A stretch of 64,000 bases of DNA. It comes from a virus (Duplodnaviria > Caudoviricetes). The position numbers were made by a program, and so were the translations under genes. Within the stretch, counting starts at the first letter, position 1. Every line of letters starts with the position of its first letter. Under the pieces are notes generated by a model. The model was not told the DNA's origin and did no database searches. It saw only the letters and a list, made by a program, of their open reading frames with translations. The stretch is taken from IMG/VR virus record IMGVR_UViG_3300033066_000811, positions 2,705-66,704 of that record, one strand, 5' to 3'. Positions 47,882-57,270 of this stretch are shown here, piece after piece.

Positions 47882-48826
47882 TTAGGCAGCTACGACACAA
47901 ATCCAAGCGTCGTCAGTACCGGCACTGTTATTCACTGTCTCATCAGCTTGACCAACAAGGTGTCCAGTAGCAAACGGAGTACCTGCTTCGACCTGTTCCA
48001 CCATGAAAGTCTCAAGACGGACTTGATTGTTTGCATGAGCAACAGAGAATGTCGCAGTAACAGTGATGTCAATGTCAGCAGTTGTATCAATTGCAGTGGA
48101 ATCAGTGATATCTGCTTTTTCAGTCGCAGTACCTTCCACTCCAATTGTGTAACTGCCATCAGACACAAAGGTGCCAGAAGCACCAATTGTGCGAAGAGTC
48201 ACAACAGCATCAAAGGATACATAGTCACCAGTGGTAATATCCAATGCTGCTGTGGTAACAAGTGCAGTTGCACCCAACAGAACTTTGACTTGCAGAGTAT
48301 CTGTCGAGTTTGCACTCAAGACTTTGGCAGTACCACGGATACGGACTTGATCCCCGGCTTTCAACGTGTTCTTCTTGATCGTCGAAGTGCCATTACTGAA
48401 AGTTGTCTCAGCAACAGTATTCGTGATTGTCGTAGAAGCAGCAGTATTGAGAGTCAGGAATTGGGAAGTTTGTGCTTTGCACAATGTCCCATCACCGTAA
48501 GAAATCAACCAGTCATTTTTGGTAACACTTTCGTATGCGTGCAGACGCATATTGAACTTTTGTCCAGATTTCATCTGGTGAATCAAAAGACCATTTTCAC
48601 CGGAAGTATAAGCATCGGTAACAGTCTTTCCTAAAAGATAGTTTTCTTTCAGGACATAACCACCGTGCAAACCCCCTCTTGTCGAGTGAACAGTGTAAGT
48701 GTCCTTGGTTGCTGTGGTTTTTTGCAGCAAGTGACCCGGTTTGAGTGTACCGCTTGCGATACCTTCAACGTGGGCATACTCAAACGAGGCTTGAGCAACA
48801 ATTGTTCTCGGAGTAGTCATTCCCAA
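47882..48826 (-). CDS. capsid decoration protein with an inserted domain
   Basis: EGIASGTLKPGHLL...LISYGDGTL...ADETVNNS; about 170-aa insert. Confidence 0.6.
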   Translation of the reverse strand: MGMTTPRTIVAQASFEYAHVEGIASGTLKPGHLLQKTTATKDTYTVHSTRGGLHGGYVLKENYLLGKTVTDAYTSGENGLLIHQMKSGQKFNMRLHAYESVTKNDWLISYGDGTLCKAQTSQFLTLNTAASTTITNTVAETTFSNGTSTIKKNTLKAGDQVRIRGTAKVLSANSTDTLQVKVLLGATALVTTAALDITTGDYVSFDAVVTLRTIGASGTFVSDGSYTIGVEGTATEKADITDSTAIDTTADIDITVTATFSVAHANNQVRLETFMVEQVEAGTPFATGHLVGQADETVNNSAGTDDAWICVVAA

Positions 48827-48867
48827 AACCCTTTCAAAAAGAAGTAAGTTTGTCTAAACTAAATAGT

Positions 48868-49152
48868 TTAGAGAAGTCCCAAAATGATTTGAATGAAAAT
48901 CTGGATTAAAGCCTGTCCAGTTTCACTTTGCAGAAATTCCAGAATCTTCTGGAAGATTGTCCCGTCTCCAATTTTTTCAACTTTCTTTCCAGTCGTCTTC
49001 TCGTAATGAACTACAGCTTTTGTCATTACTTCGTCAAACATTTCATCATCAAGATTGTCAATAAGAGCCTGAGCCTCAGCAAAAGACTTATGATGCTGAG
49101 TCATCAGAACTGTTTTCAGTCTCCATCGAAACCATTTATTGTTTTGTCTCAA
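48868..49152 (-). CDS. small protein with C-terminal amphipathic/hydrophobic helix
   Basis: IGDGTIFQKILEFLQSETGQALIQIFIQIILGLL. Confidence 0.6.
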   Translation of the reverse strand: MRQNNKWFRWRLKTVLMTQHHKSFAEAQALIDNLDDEMFDEVMTKAVVHYEKTTGKKVEKIGDGTIFQKILEFLQSETGQALIQIFIQIILGLL

Positions 49153-49177
49153 AATACACCAGACCTTTCAGAAAGAA

Positions 49178-49825
49178 TTACCAAGCAGCACAGGCCAATG
49201 CAGTTTCCTTTGCAGTGAAACTTGTCTCAGAAAAATAAACATCAGCATGGTCAAATTCAAAAGGTGTTGCATACACCGTGGACATCACATTTCCAACGGA
49301 AGGAAATCCACCAACAAGTCCAACACTCTTTCCGGCAGGAATGTCATAGAAACGTGCTTCCGAACTGGACACTTCTTCATTGGGGAAGATTGCAGAATTG
49401 GTAGAGTCTCTGAAAATTACTGCCAGTCTTCCCTTCGTATTATTTCTTGCTCCAACAAACAAGACATCAGTGGGAAGCGTAAAAGAGTCCAAAAGAGTTA
49501 CAGTTGTCTTTTTACAGACTGTAACTGCTGTACTAGCAGCAGGTAATGTACCAAAGTCAGGTGTAACAGTCATTGTGTTGGAACTGATGACAATGCTTGA
49601 CTCAAAAGCAACACCACCATCCCAAAAAATCATTACACTGTCAGTAGAAACAAGACCATGCCCACCAGCTAAAGTGATAGTTGTGCCGTTTACAACAGTA
49701 CCGGTTTTTGCAGCATTGAAAGTCAGATCAAACTCATTGACTACACTGTAATCAATTGTCTTTTCTTCAGTGAAAGTCTCACCATTGATTTTCACAGTCT
49801 GCGTGGCTTTAATTTCTGTCGCCAT
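49178..49825 (-). CDS. hypothetical protein
   Basis: 215-aa beta-rich ORF. Confidence 0.6.
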   Translation of the reverse strand: MATEIKATQTVKINGETFTEEKTIDYSVVNEFDLTFNAAKTGTVVNGTTITLAGGHGLVSTDSVMIFWDGGVAFESSIVISSNTMTVTPDFGTLPAASTAVTVCKKTTVTLLDSFTLPTDVLFVGARNNTKGRLAVIFRDSTNSAIFPNEEVSSSEARFYDIPAGKSVGLVGGFPSVGNVMSTVYATPFEFDHADVYFSETSFTAKETALACAAW

Positions 49826-49834
49826 TGAAATACA

Positions 49835-50038
49835 TCACTTTCTGTAACGGGGGAAAATAGTAATCCTTTGATTTGTCACAGGAGGCAGAGTCATTCCCAA
49901 AGGATTATAACAGGAATCACCCGGTTTACATGTCTGTAAGTCCTGAATAACAGGACTTACAATAGGTTTGTCAGGTGCCTGTTCCTTTTGAACAAGAGGC
50001 GGAGGACTGTAATCCTTCAAAGGCGGAGGAATGTCCAT
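49835..50038 (-). CDS. small Pro-rich protein
   Basis: Follows the C1 peptidase stop; CKPGDSC. Confidence 0.45.
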   Translation of the reverse strand: MDIPPPLKDYSPPPLVQKEQAPDKPIVSPVIQDLQTCKPGDSCYNPLGMTLPPVTNQRITIFPRYRK

Positions 50039-50039
50039 G

Positions 50040-50864
50040 TTATCCTTTCAGGACAGGAGTATCCGAACTTTCTGCAACAACAGAACGGATAGCCCACCAA
50101 CCACCAACAGGTCCACTGTAAAGGGTTTCAGGTATGACAAATCGTCCTCCCTTATATCCCCAATTCTGCCCCCAACTGTTGTGGTGCCAGATTCCGTAAG
50201 TGTTTCCAATTCTTGTCGCTTTATATCCTTTAATAGCGTGACCACCAGAGCGACCAGAACCTCTCTTTGGCAGCCATCCATTCTTGTCGGGATTAAAGTT
50301 GTCTGACCACATGATACCAGAGATAAGTCTGAATCCTTTCAGAACCGCAGAGTAACAGTGGTCAAAAGATGGACAGAGGAATGCTTCAAGAACCCTGTTT
50401 GATTTTCTCTGTTCCGGGGTTGCTCTGGTGTATTGTCCTCTTTTCCACAAAGAACCACATTGGTCAAGAGTACCTACACCGACATTGATTAACTTCAGAA
50501 GACCATCTTCAAGAAGAGAGCCATTGTCAGAACCGCCATTGATCTGATCGTACAAGTCAGCAGCAGATAGCCTTAAATCAGACAATCCTGCCATTTTTCG
50601 ACAATCTTCATAAGCACCTGTCGCAGCATCAGCATTACACTGACCAACACCGTTCTGGTCATGAGTATAAAGAATATCAGGATCAGTCTCATCACTCATG
50701 TCAGGAACTAAAGTGTTCCATTCAGACCTTGGTACAAGTGGGACAGAGTCATCTAATCCCCACATATTCCAAAGATACTTTGTTTTTGTCGGATCATCGT
50801 AAGGAATCAAGTTTGCAAGTTTTCTGACTTCACCATCATCAGTGATAATTTCATGTATAGCCAT
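50040..50864 (-). CDS. papain-like (C1) cysteine peptidase
   Basis: DQNGVGQCNADA (Q, C), GGHAI (H), HNSWGQNWG (N). Confidence 0.85.
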   Translation of the reverse strand: MAIHEIITDDGEVRKLANLIPYDDPTKTKYLWNMWGLDDSVPLVPRSEWNTLVPDMSDETDPDILYTHDQNGVGQCNADAATGAYEDCRKMAGLSDLRLSAADLYDQINGGSDNGSLLEDGLLKLINVGVGTLDQCGSLWKRGQYTRATPEQRKSNRVLEAFLCPSFDHCYSAVLKGFRLISGIMWSDNFNPDKNGWLPKRGSGRSGGHAIKGYKATRIGNTYGIWHHNSWGQNWGYKGGRFVIPETLYSGPVGGWWAIRSVVAESSDTPVLKG

Positions 50865-50867
50865 GAC

Positions 50868-51701
50868 TTACTTGATACCTCCATGAGTCTTTAACAGCTT
50901 GATAAACTCTGCCGCATTGTCAGGTCGAGCACCTTCATACAAAGGTTCTCCGTTCATCCCAACAATAAAAAGAACAGGCACACCTTTTTTCTTTGACTTA
51001 TCAAGATAAGTCACAAGGTCTTTTGGAGGATTTCCGTCTTTGTCAACAACATCCTTGTCAGCTTCTCTCCATTTAATCTTGTTTTCTTGACAAAACGTGT
51101 GAACCTCTCTCATTATCTGTCCACGATTGTTTAGAGCGTCCTTTGTCTCTTCAATCAGGACATATCCCCACATCTTTGCTTTTATCTTGTCTTCATTATC
51201 TGGATTAGGAGGAGGTTCAGGTCCGGGAGGAACAGGTACAGGAGTAATTCCCTTGACAATTTCAATCTTTAGTGGAGGACCGTCTTCGACAGGTCCGTCT
51301 GTCTTTCCGTCTGGAGAAACCACACCATTCATGATCGGTTGTATGTCATACTTACCATTTGTTTTTCTGGTAAGCAGAACATATACCGGACCTTTAGTAC
51401 CTTTAGGTGGAGTCCAGAATTCTGGTTCTTCCTGACTAGCAGGAGCATCATACTTAATACCGGGAAATGGGACACCGTCTTGCAGCTTGTAAATCCTGTA
51501 AGCAGGATTAGGGGCAATATAAACAGATTGCCCAGACAATGTCTCAAACGGAATAAAACGTCCTGCGGGAATCTGAACAACCGAAGGAGGGTTGTCAGAT
51601 AAATGAGGACCAAGAATCCGAATACCCTTCTTTTGGGGTATTTCATCCTGAGCATTTAATGTCTGACAAGCAAACATTAAACATAAGACAAAAAATCGCA
51701 T
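50868..51701 (-). CDS. secreted protein with Pro-rich linker and thioredoxin-like C-domain
   Basis: Signal peptide MRFFVLCLMFACQTLNA; PVPVPPGPEPPPNP; GVPVLFIVG...YEG..P; GGAGG RBS. Confidence 0.65.
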   Translation of the reverse strand: MRFFVLCLMFACQTLNAQDEIPQKKGIRILGPHLSDNPPSVVQIPAGRFIPFETLSGQSVYIAPNPAYRIYKLQDGVPFPGIKYDAPASQEEPEFWTPPKGTKGPVYVLLTRKTNGKYDIQPIMNGVVSPDGKTDGPVEDGPPLKIEIVKGITPVPVPPGPEPPPNPDNEDKIKAKMWGYVLIEETKDALNNRGQIMREVHTFCQENKIKWREADKDVVDKDGNPPKDLVTYLDKSKKKGVPVLFIVGMNGEPLYEGARPDNAAEFIKLLKTHGGIK

Positions 51702-51731
51702 AACAGAAACCTCCAAGTGGGATGGAAAGGG

Positions 51732-52235
51732 TTAAGGGTGTATTTTTCTAGGTTCAGGTGCCTTTTCTGCTTCTGTTGAAAAATTAGGAAAGACAAAAGT
51801 TATGTCTTTTCCAAACGTAGAACTAATCTTTCCTTTATTCTGTAAAGATAAGACAGCTTTTGTGTTCTTCTCTACAGATTCAATAAATCTTTCAATTTGA
51901 AAAGAGTTCTTTTCATGCACTGTTTTCAAGTCTTTGATACTTTCAACAATACGTCCATTGTCTTTTTCATAAGACACGTTTACAGATTGTATGATTTTTT
52001 CCATTCTGTCAATAACGGCTCTTTGATCTTGACGGTTGTCATGGTAAAACAAACCTACAAGAGCGAGCACAACAGCAAAAGCAGTCATCTCTTTAATGTT
52101 CTTACCATTCTTCAGAAACCACTCAAAAAAAGTTTTTGTTTGACCCTCTTCTTCTTTTTCGACAATTTGTGGAGAATGGTTTTTTTGGGGCATTGTTGTC
52201 CTCTGTAATGTGTCATTTTGAAAATTAACTTTCAA
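51732..52235 (-). CDS. single-TM protein (holin-like candidate)
   Basis: TAFAVVLALVGLFY followed by a coiled coil. Confidence 0.45.
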   Translation of the reverse strand: MKVNFQNDTLQRTTMPQKNHSPQIVEKEEEGQTKTFFEWFLKNGKNIKEMTAFAVVLALVGLFYHDNRQDQRAVIDRMEKIIQSVNVSYEKDNGRIVESIKDLKTVHEKNSFQIERFIESVEKNTKAVLSLQNKGKISSTFGKDITFVFPNFSTEAEKAPEPRKIHP

Positions 52236-52641
52236 TGGCTAGCATACCGCCAGAGATTATAATAGAAGAGTCTTCTCCAGACACAAAAACCCGCATTCTG
52301 ACATATCTTTGTGTCTTTTTCACGTTCACCATATATAAAAAATCTGGAGAAAGAGTTCCTGACTCATGAAGAGTGTCATTAAAAATGACACCTGTATTTG
52401 ATTCTCTTACATCAAAAGTACAAACTGATCCATCAGCTATTTCTCCTATCATGACGACAATTTGTATCCAGTCAGAAGTATATGCTCCTAAAGTATCAAT
52501 GGCATTACTACCTGTTGTCCCTGTTAATAAGGTTTGAGGAGGGAAGAACAATTCTCCAGTGGTTGTAAGACCTGTTCCTCCTCGTATCATACCAGACTTC
52601 CAAGCAAGCCAATCAGAAGTCATTATCCTTGCACCGGGCAT
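52225..52641 (-). CDS. putative capsid cement/beta-sandwich protein
   Basis: IDTLG...KTQRYVRMR pattern; low specificity. Confidence 0.4.
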   Translation of the reverse strand: MPGARIMTSDWLAWKSGMIRGGTGLTTTGELFFPPQTLLTGTTGSNAIDTLGAYTSDWIQIVVMIGEIADGSVCTFDVRESNTGVIFNDTLHESGTLSPDFLYMVNVKKTQRYVRMRVFVSGEDSSIIISGGMLAIES

Positions 52642-52661
52642 ATTAAACTCCTATATTCTGT

Positions 52662-53681
52662 TTATCCATACAGATCAGTAAACCCGGACAGGTCCGCCAA
52701 GGTCAGAGTGTAAGCCCCGATCAACGCCTGAATCTCTGTCACGAACTCATGATAAGCCGGACCCATGTTAGCAAAGAAGCACGCGGACACAAGCACCGGT
52801 ACTCCGTCAATCAAAATGAACACAGGGCTTCCAGAATCGCCGCCACTCGGCTGGTAAGCATACCGGGCCGACTTCACGTAATAGCCGGAACTTGGTCCCC
52901 ACACGCTTCGCAAGTTCATTCCGACTACTCTTGCCTTTCTTCCAATGGCAACAGGTAGAATAATTGCCGGGGTAGGTGCTTCTTTGTCAGGATTCCAGTA
53001 GTCGGCAAGATTAGATGGTGGTAGTGTGGCAGGAGTTATTCCTGTCACGTCACTAGCTAACGTACCCAATGACAAATCACCATAGGTTCCTGTGGCACCG
53101 GGCCGAACCTGCTGCGTACTTGATATTGCAACACTAACTAAAGTCCCATCAGACTTTACAAACTCAATCGGACTGCTCGGAGGGTAATGAGTTGCAAACA
53201 GAATATGCCGGGGAGTTATCAGGCAGGCGTTGCCGTTATATGCCCGGCAGGTGAAGTCCAACGAAGCTAACCAGCAAGCCGGGTTTCGGGTTGTCCCGGT
53301 CGTATACAGAGCATCGCCCACAACGGAACCGAAAGGAGCATCAAGGTCTAAAGTGGGGGCCAGTGCTTCCAACGCATTCGCGGCACTCGCACCCACCATA
53401 GGATTATCGCCTACGGTGACAGTGACGCTTGCCGTATCACTTCCTGAAGTATTGCTGACAGTTCCGGTCACCGTGTAAGTGCCCGGATTCAGGAAAATAT
53501 GGGATACGGACAAACCACTCGAACGCTGTCCGAACGTATTTCCGTCGCCGAAGTCCCATACCCAAGTCTCGATGGACGGCTGAGTGCTTGTCGATCCGGT
53601 AATTACCGTTAGCAAAGTCTGCTCGCCTGTTACCGCACTGGCGCTGACAACAGCGTCAGCGGGCGAGACGGGCGGGTCTAG
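52662..53681 (-). CDS. PKD domain plus trypsin-like serine protease, in frame with the upstream fibre gene across one TAG
   Basis: TWVWDFGDG...SHIFLNPGTYTV (PKD); FATHY / GDLSL / GGDSGSP triad; frame is open from 53681 with no ATG or RBS before the PKD fold begins. Confidence 0.75.
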   Translation of the reverse strand, partial: LDPPVSPADAVVSASAVTGEQTLLTVITGSTSTQPSIETWVWDFGDGNTFGQRSSGLSVSHIFLNPGTYTVTGTVSNTSGSDTASVTVTVGDNPMVGASAANALEALAPTLDLDAPFGSVVGDALYTTGTTRNPACWLASLDFTCRAYNGNACLITPRHILFATHYPPSSPIEFVKSDGTLVSVAISSTQQVRPGATGTYGDLSLGTLASDVTGITPATLPPSNLADYWNPDKEAPTPAIILPVAIGRKARVVGMNLRSVWGPSSGYYVKSARYAYQPSGGDSGSPVFILIDGVPVLVSACFFANMGPAYHEFVTEIQALIGAYTLTLADLSGFTDLYG

Positions 53682-55238
53682 CTAAGTCTGAAAAATTGCA
53701 TCTAGTTCGGCGTTGGTGTAATTGTTGCCAAGGTTCCGCCATGCTCCACCGTAGTCTATGCCAACAGAAGGACCGATGTTCCATCCTTGGCATATCCTCC
53801 AATTAAAGTCCATGAATGGACCATCTTCCCCTTCAGAGTATCCGTTAGTAAAAGGACTGTTTCCGGGGCTAGAAAACACTAAATTGCCTGAAGAATCGTA
53901 TGCAGAAAACGTAAAGTTGCTTCCTGTGTTCCATTTGAATCTAATGAAAAACCAATCACTCGATACCTCTAGCGGTAATGAAGGACTATATTCTGTTTGA
54001 CCATTATTTGACCCTCCAGAGTCCTGACTAGTTGCAAACAAGTAAAAATAAAATCTAGGAAGCACACTGTCTACGGAGTAAAACGCTCTAACTTCGTTTC
54101 CGTGTCCATCTTTTGCTTCGCTTAGAAACAGAGTAGCATTTGCTGCTCCGGTCAAAGGGACGCTGCCGGGGAGTCTTAATTTGAAAATGTACTCGGCTTT
54201 GTTGTAATGCCCTGATACGACCGTGTCATTTGGACAAGCTAAATGCCTATCTATGGGGTACTCAGAGTGTTTTGTTGCCCGGACACCATCAGCAATCAAA
54301 GTCCTTCCGGCAGGAGCACCACTAAATACAAGGCCATCTGACGCCACCCATCTATTGACAGCATCACCAGCAACCGTTGCCGGAATTGTCCCTGCTTCGT
54401 CCTGATACAGACCTTCAGCCGGGTCAAGCCAAGGAGTCACAGTCAGCGGAGTGTACCCTACGGCAAAGTCATGCAGGATCGCCGCAATTTCCCTATCAGT
54501 ATAGACACCGCCAAGATTGCGATAATGCTTTCCGTAATAGACAAGAGAAGTTACCGATGCTCGAAATGTCTGGCAAGAAATTGGAAGAAAAGCCCCCGCA
54601 GAAGGATCGCCAGTGAAACCCGCTGTGCCAGACCCGGCAGTCGATGAAAGAAGTTCGCGGCTAACCGCATCATAGACTCGGAGCAACGGAGCGGAACCGG
54701 CGTTCCAAGTCATGCGAACAAGTAGCCATCCATTTGAGACAATTTCGGAAGAAGTAAATGCTGGCACAGCATCAGAAGGAGCAAACAAAAACTTAAATCC
54801 TGTTGTCGTTCCAGATAAACTTGTCTGTAAAGAAAAAACAAACTCCCCTTCAGTGTCCTGTGCGTATGCAATTCCTGATGGTATATTTGCCCTGCCGTTT
54901 GGATAGGCGACAAACAAAAGTATATCTGCCTGATTTTGAGGAAGAATCAAATAAGGGTCTTCTGCTGCTTCCAAACCGTCTTGACTTCCTGTCGAATAGC
55001 TAGAACGTATTACAGTCTTTCCGCAATAAGTCTCTTTAGTGCGAATCCAAGGACTTGTGTAAGCAATTCCGTCACTGGAAATAATCGCTTTGACGTTCTG
55101 ACCATCTGCGGTCACCGGAGCAAGGTGAGTCGTATCAGTGAAGATCGCCTGCGACGGGTCAAGCCATGCGGTAGGACAGGTGGGTAATGGTCCCAGCATA
55201 CTGTCTTTTATTACAGAGGTTGTACTAAATCCAAACAT
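53682..55238 (-). CDS. head spike/fibre protein with two tandem lectin-like (LamG-type) modules
   Basis: WLDP...SDG...RNLG..YT..E..AI occurs twice; follows the spike-base gene; GGAG RBS. Confidence 0.6.
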   Translation of the reverse strand: MFGFSTTSVIKDSMLGPLPTCPTAWLDPSQAIFTDTTHLAPVTADGQNVKAIISSDGIAYTSPWIRTKETYCGKTVIRSSYSTGSQDGLEAAEDPYLILPQNQADILLFVAYPNGRANIPSGIAYAQDTEGEFVFSLQTSLSGTTTGFKFLFAPSDAVPAFTSSEIVSNGWLLVRMTWNAGSAPLLRVYDAVSRELLSSTAGSGTAGFTGDPSAGAFLPISCQTFRASVTSLVYYGKHYRNLGGVYTDREIAAILHDFAVGYTPLTVTPWLDPAEGLYQDEAGTIPATVAGDAVNRWVASDGLVFSGAPAGRTLIADGVRATKHSEYPIDRHLACPNDTVVSGHYNKAEYIFKLRLPGSVPLTGAANATLFLSEAKDGHGNEVRAFYSVDSVLPRFYFYLFATSQDSGGSNNGQTEYSPSLPLEVSSDWFFIRFKWNTGSNFTFSAYDSSGNLVFSSPGNSPFTNGYSEGEDGPFMDFNWRICQGWNIGPSVGIDYGGAWRNLGNNYTNAELDAIFQT

Positions 55239-55259
55239 GTCTTTTCTCCGTGTTAGGAT

Positions 55260-55589
55260 TTATTCAAACCCGTAAATATCTGTTGCAGTTGTTCCAGTAG
55301 CAAAAACTTTGACAATACCACAAGGTTGTGGAGGAAACAAAACATCATCGCCAACAGTAAATGTCAACTCTTGTCCATTGACAAACTGGACTTTGATAGT
55401 CCCACCTGTGGTAATATAAAGTTGTCTTGCAATCAAGACAACTTCATCAGAATCCTGTGTATATGACAACTGGTCGTCGTCATTCGGGGTAATTGGAAAC
55501 ATGCCCGGAGAAATTGAATCAATCGAACATCTTTTATAAAAATCTTGTCTTAAAGAGACAATTGGATCAACCGTAGCTGTTGCTGCCAT
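55260..55589 (-). CDS. head spike base protein (RcGTA Rcc01079-like)
   Basis: ITPNDDDQL...RQLYITTGGTIKV...VKVFATGTTATDI. Confidence 0.7.
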   Translation of the reverse strand: MAATATVDPIVSLRQDFYKRCSIDSISPGMFPITPNDDDQLSYTQDSDEVVLIARQLYITTGGTIKVQFVNGQELTFTVGDDVLFPPQPCGIVKVFATGTTATDIYGFE

Positions 55590-55598
55590 GACTTTCCT

Positions 55599-57134
55599 TT
55601 ATTTAGGATTACTGGAAGTGGAAGGTTTTCTTCCTGATTTACCAGACTTCTTTCCCATTTGTAAACCACTGAGACTTTTTACCGGAGGATTAGTTATTTC
55701 CTTGGGAACAAAGTCTTTGATTTTCTCTTCTGTGACTTTACGAGCAAGTTCTTCAGGTAAACCGAGAATCTCTGTAAGAAAGTCATATAGAGGAAAACCA
55801 AATCTAGCATTGCTTCCAGCAAACTGAGACAATGCCTGTGTTTTCTTGAGAGCAATGTCAGCTTTAGTTGCATCAGGAATGTTTGTCTTTGCCCATTCAA
55901 TTTTCATTTGCTTGGGTTTTGGACAACAACCTAGTTCAATCAGACGGCCAAAATATGTCCGAATCATTTTCGGAGAAACATATTGTTCGTTTCTGGATTT
56001 AACCTTATCATTCCAGTAAGTAGAGTCTTCCTGTGAAGCTAAGTGTCCTGCCTGTGTTCCTAAAAGAACTTTAACAGGACATCCAACTGTTCCGCAAAGA
56101 AGGACTAAAGCCTGCTCCATATGTTTGCTGGGATCCGCAATTTTTGGAGAAAGCATCGTAATGTCAACACCAACCGCAGATAAAGCCCTTTCAAGACCTT
56201 CCTGCCAGTTCTTGACCTGTTCCTTCAGGGACTCTTCGTCCATTTCTGGTCTGTTACCAGATTGCCAGACTTCTTTTTGTGTGGTGAAGGCAAGTCCCGG
56301 AAAAGCTGACTTCCAGAACATTTCAGCAGAACCACCACCGACTTTCCGAATATCCCATATATAAGGGATAAGGTTTTTTAGAATCGGAGTTGACAGATAA
56401 TCACAGTCAAGAGTTCTTTCCGCAATGTGAATAACTCTTGTCCAGTGTATTTCCTGTTTCTTGACGTTGTCTTGTGTACTGGTAAAGGTTCCTTTAGAGT
56501 CAATTGCAACAAATCTCTCTGAATCAAAGTTCACGGAATACTTTGTCGGTAATCCGTATCTAGGTGAACTTGTGTCACCTTCTGTTTCAAGAATTGTCAC
56601 ACGACTTTCATCGAATACTCGCGTATACATCAACTCAAGGTCTTTTTCAATAGGCTTGAGTGTATCTGTATTGCTGTCATATTCTCCAACAGGAGTGTCA
56701 AAACCTTTACCGTCATTGAAACCGAAGAAAATGATACTAAAGCGACCAATACCTGATGCAATGTCCGCGTTTTTGAGAATTGACCAAGGATTCAGTTTAG
56801 GGGATTCAATCCAACTGTTGACTTTTTTCTCAAAAGGCGTCGGAGTCTTTTTGTTTGTCTCATAAACAAAAGGATTGTCTTTCCAGCACTCTTGAGGATA
56901 GATTTCGATTACTCTTGTCGCAATCCCAACATAGTCATAAAGATCTCGGTAGAAGTAACAGTTGTGTTGAGACCGTTTCGGGTAATCGCAGGATTTGTCT
57001 ATGTCTTTTGTTGTACCCTGCTTACCACTTCCGTTAATCATGTCAAACAGTGTTCTTGTCATTTCTGCATTGAAAACTGCTTGAGGTATTCGTGACTTAT
57101 ACGGCTTTAAGTCCTTACTAGGTTGATTTTTCAT
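55599..57134 (-). CDS. portal protein (DUF1073-like)
   Basis: YRDLYDYVGIATRVIEIYPQECW, SGIGRFSIIFFG, IHWTRVIH, GCPVKVLLGTQAGHLAS; start placed at ATG 57134. Confidence 0.85.
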   Translation of the reverse strand: MKNQPSKDLKPYKSRIPQAVFNAEMTRTLFDMINGSGKQGTTKDIDKSCDYPKRSQHNCYFYRDLYDYVGIATRVIEIYPQECWKDNPFVYETNKKTPTPFEKKVNSWIESPKLNPWSILKNADIASGIGRFSIIFFGFNDGKGFDTPVGEYDSNTDTLKPIEKDLELMYTRVFDESRVTILETEGDTSSPRYGLPTKYSVNFDSERFVAIDSKGTFTSTQDNVKKQEIHWTRVIHIAERTLDCDYLSTPILKNLIPYIWDIRKVGGGSAEMFWKSAFPGLAFTTQKEVWQSGNRPEMDEESLKEQVKNWQEGLERALSAVGVDITMLSPKIADPSKHMEQALVLLCGTVGCPVKVLLGTQAGHLASQEDSTYWNDKVKSRNEQYVSPKMIRTYFGRLIELGCCPKPKQMKIEWAKTNIPDATKADIALKKTQALSQFAGSNARFGFPLYDFLTEILGLPEELARKVTEEKIKDFVPKEITNPPVKSLSGLQMGKKSGKSGRKPSTSSNPK

Positions 57135-57270
57135 AGACCTTCCCCTACCCCACAAAATGTTCCTAGTAATGTACCTTAAAAACCAATTGGACTCAACTAG
57201 GGGTAAGCATATTTCCAAGGGGAAAACAGGATTTTAAGAAAAATCGAATGATTTTTTCAGGAAAAGTAAG

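Noticed and set aside
53678-53684. Stop-CUAG context as proof of read-through
   Set aside because: That context is established for UGA in eukaryotic systems, so it was not counted as evidence in a bacterial host.
32101-57134. Contractile tail, reverse transcriptase/DGR or anti-CRISPR genes
   Set aside because: No sheath or baseplate wedge, no RT motif, no template/variable repeat pair and no recognisable Acr/Aca; DUF1073-like 55599 is read as portal from its position.
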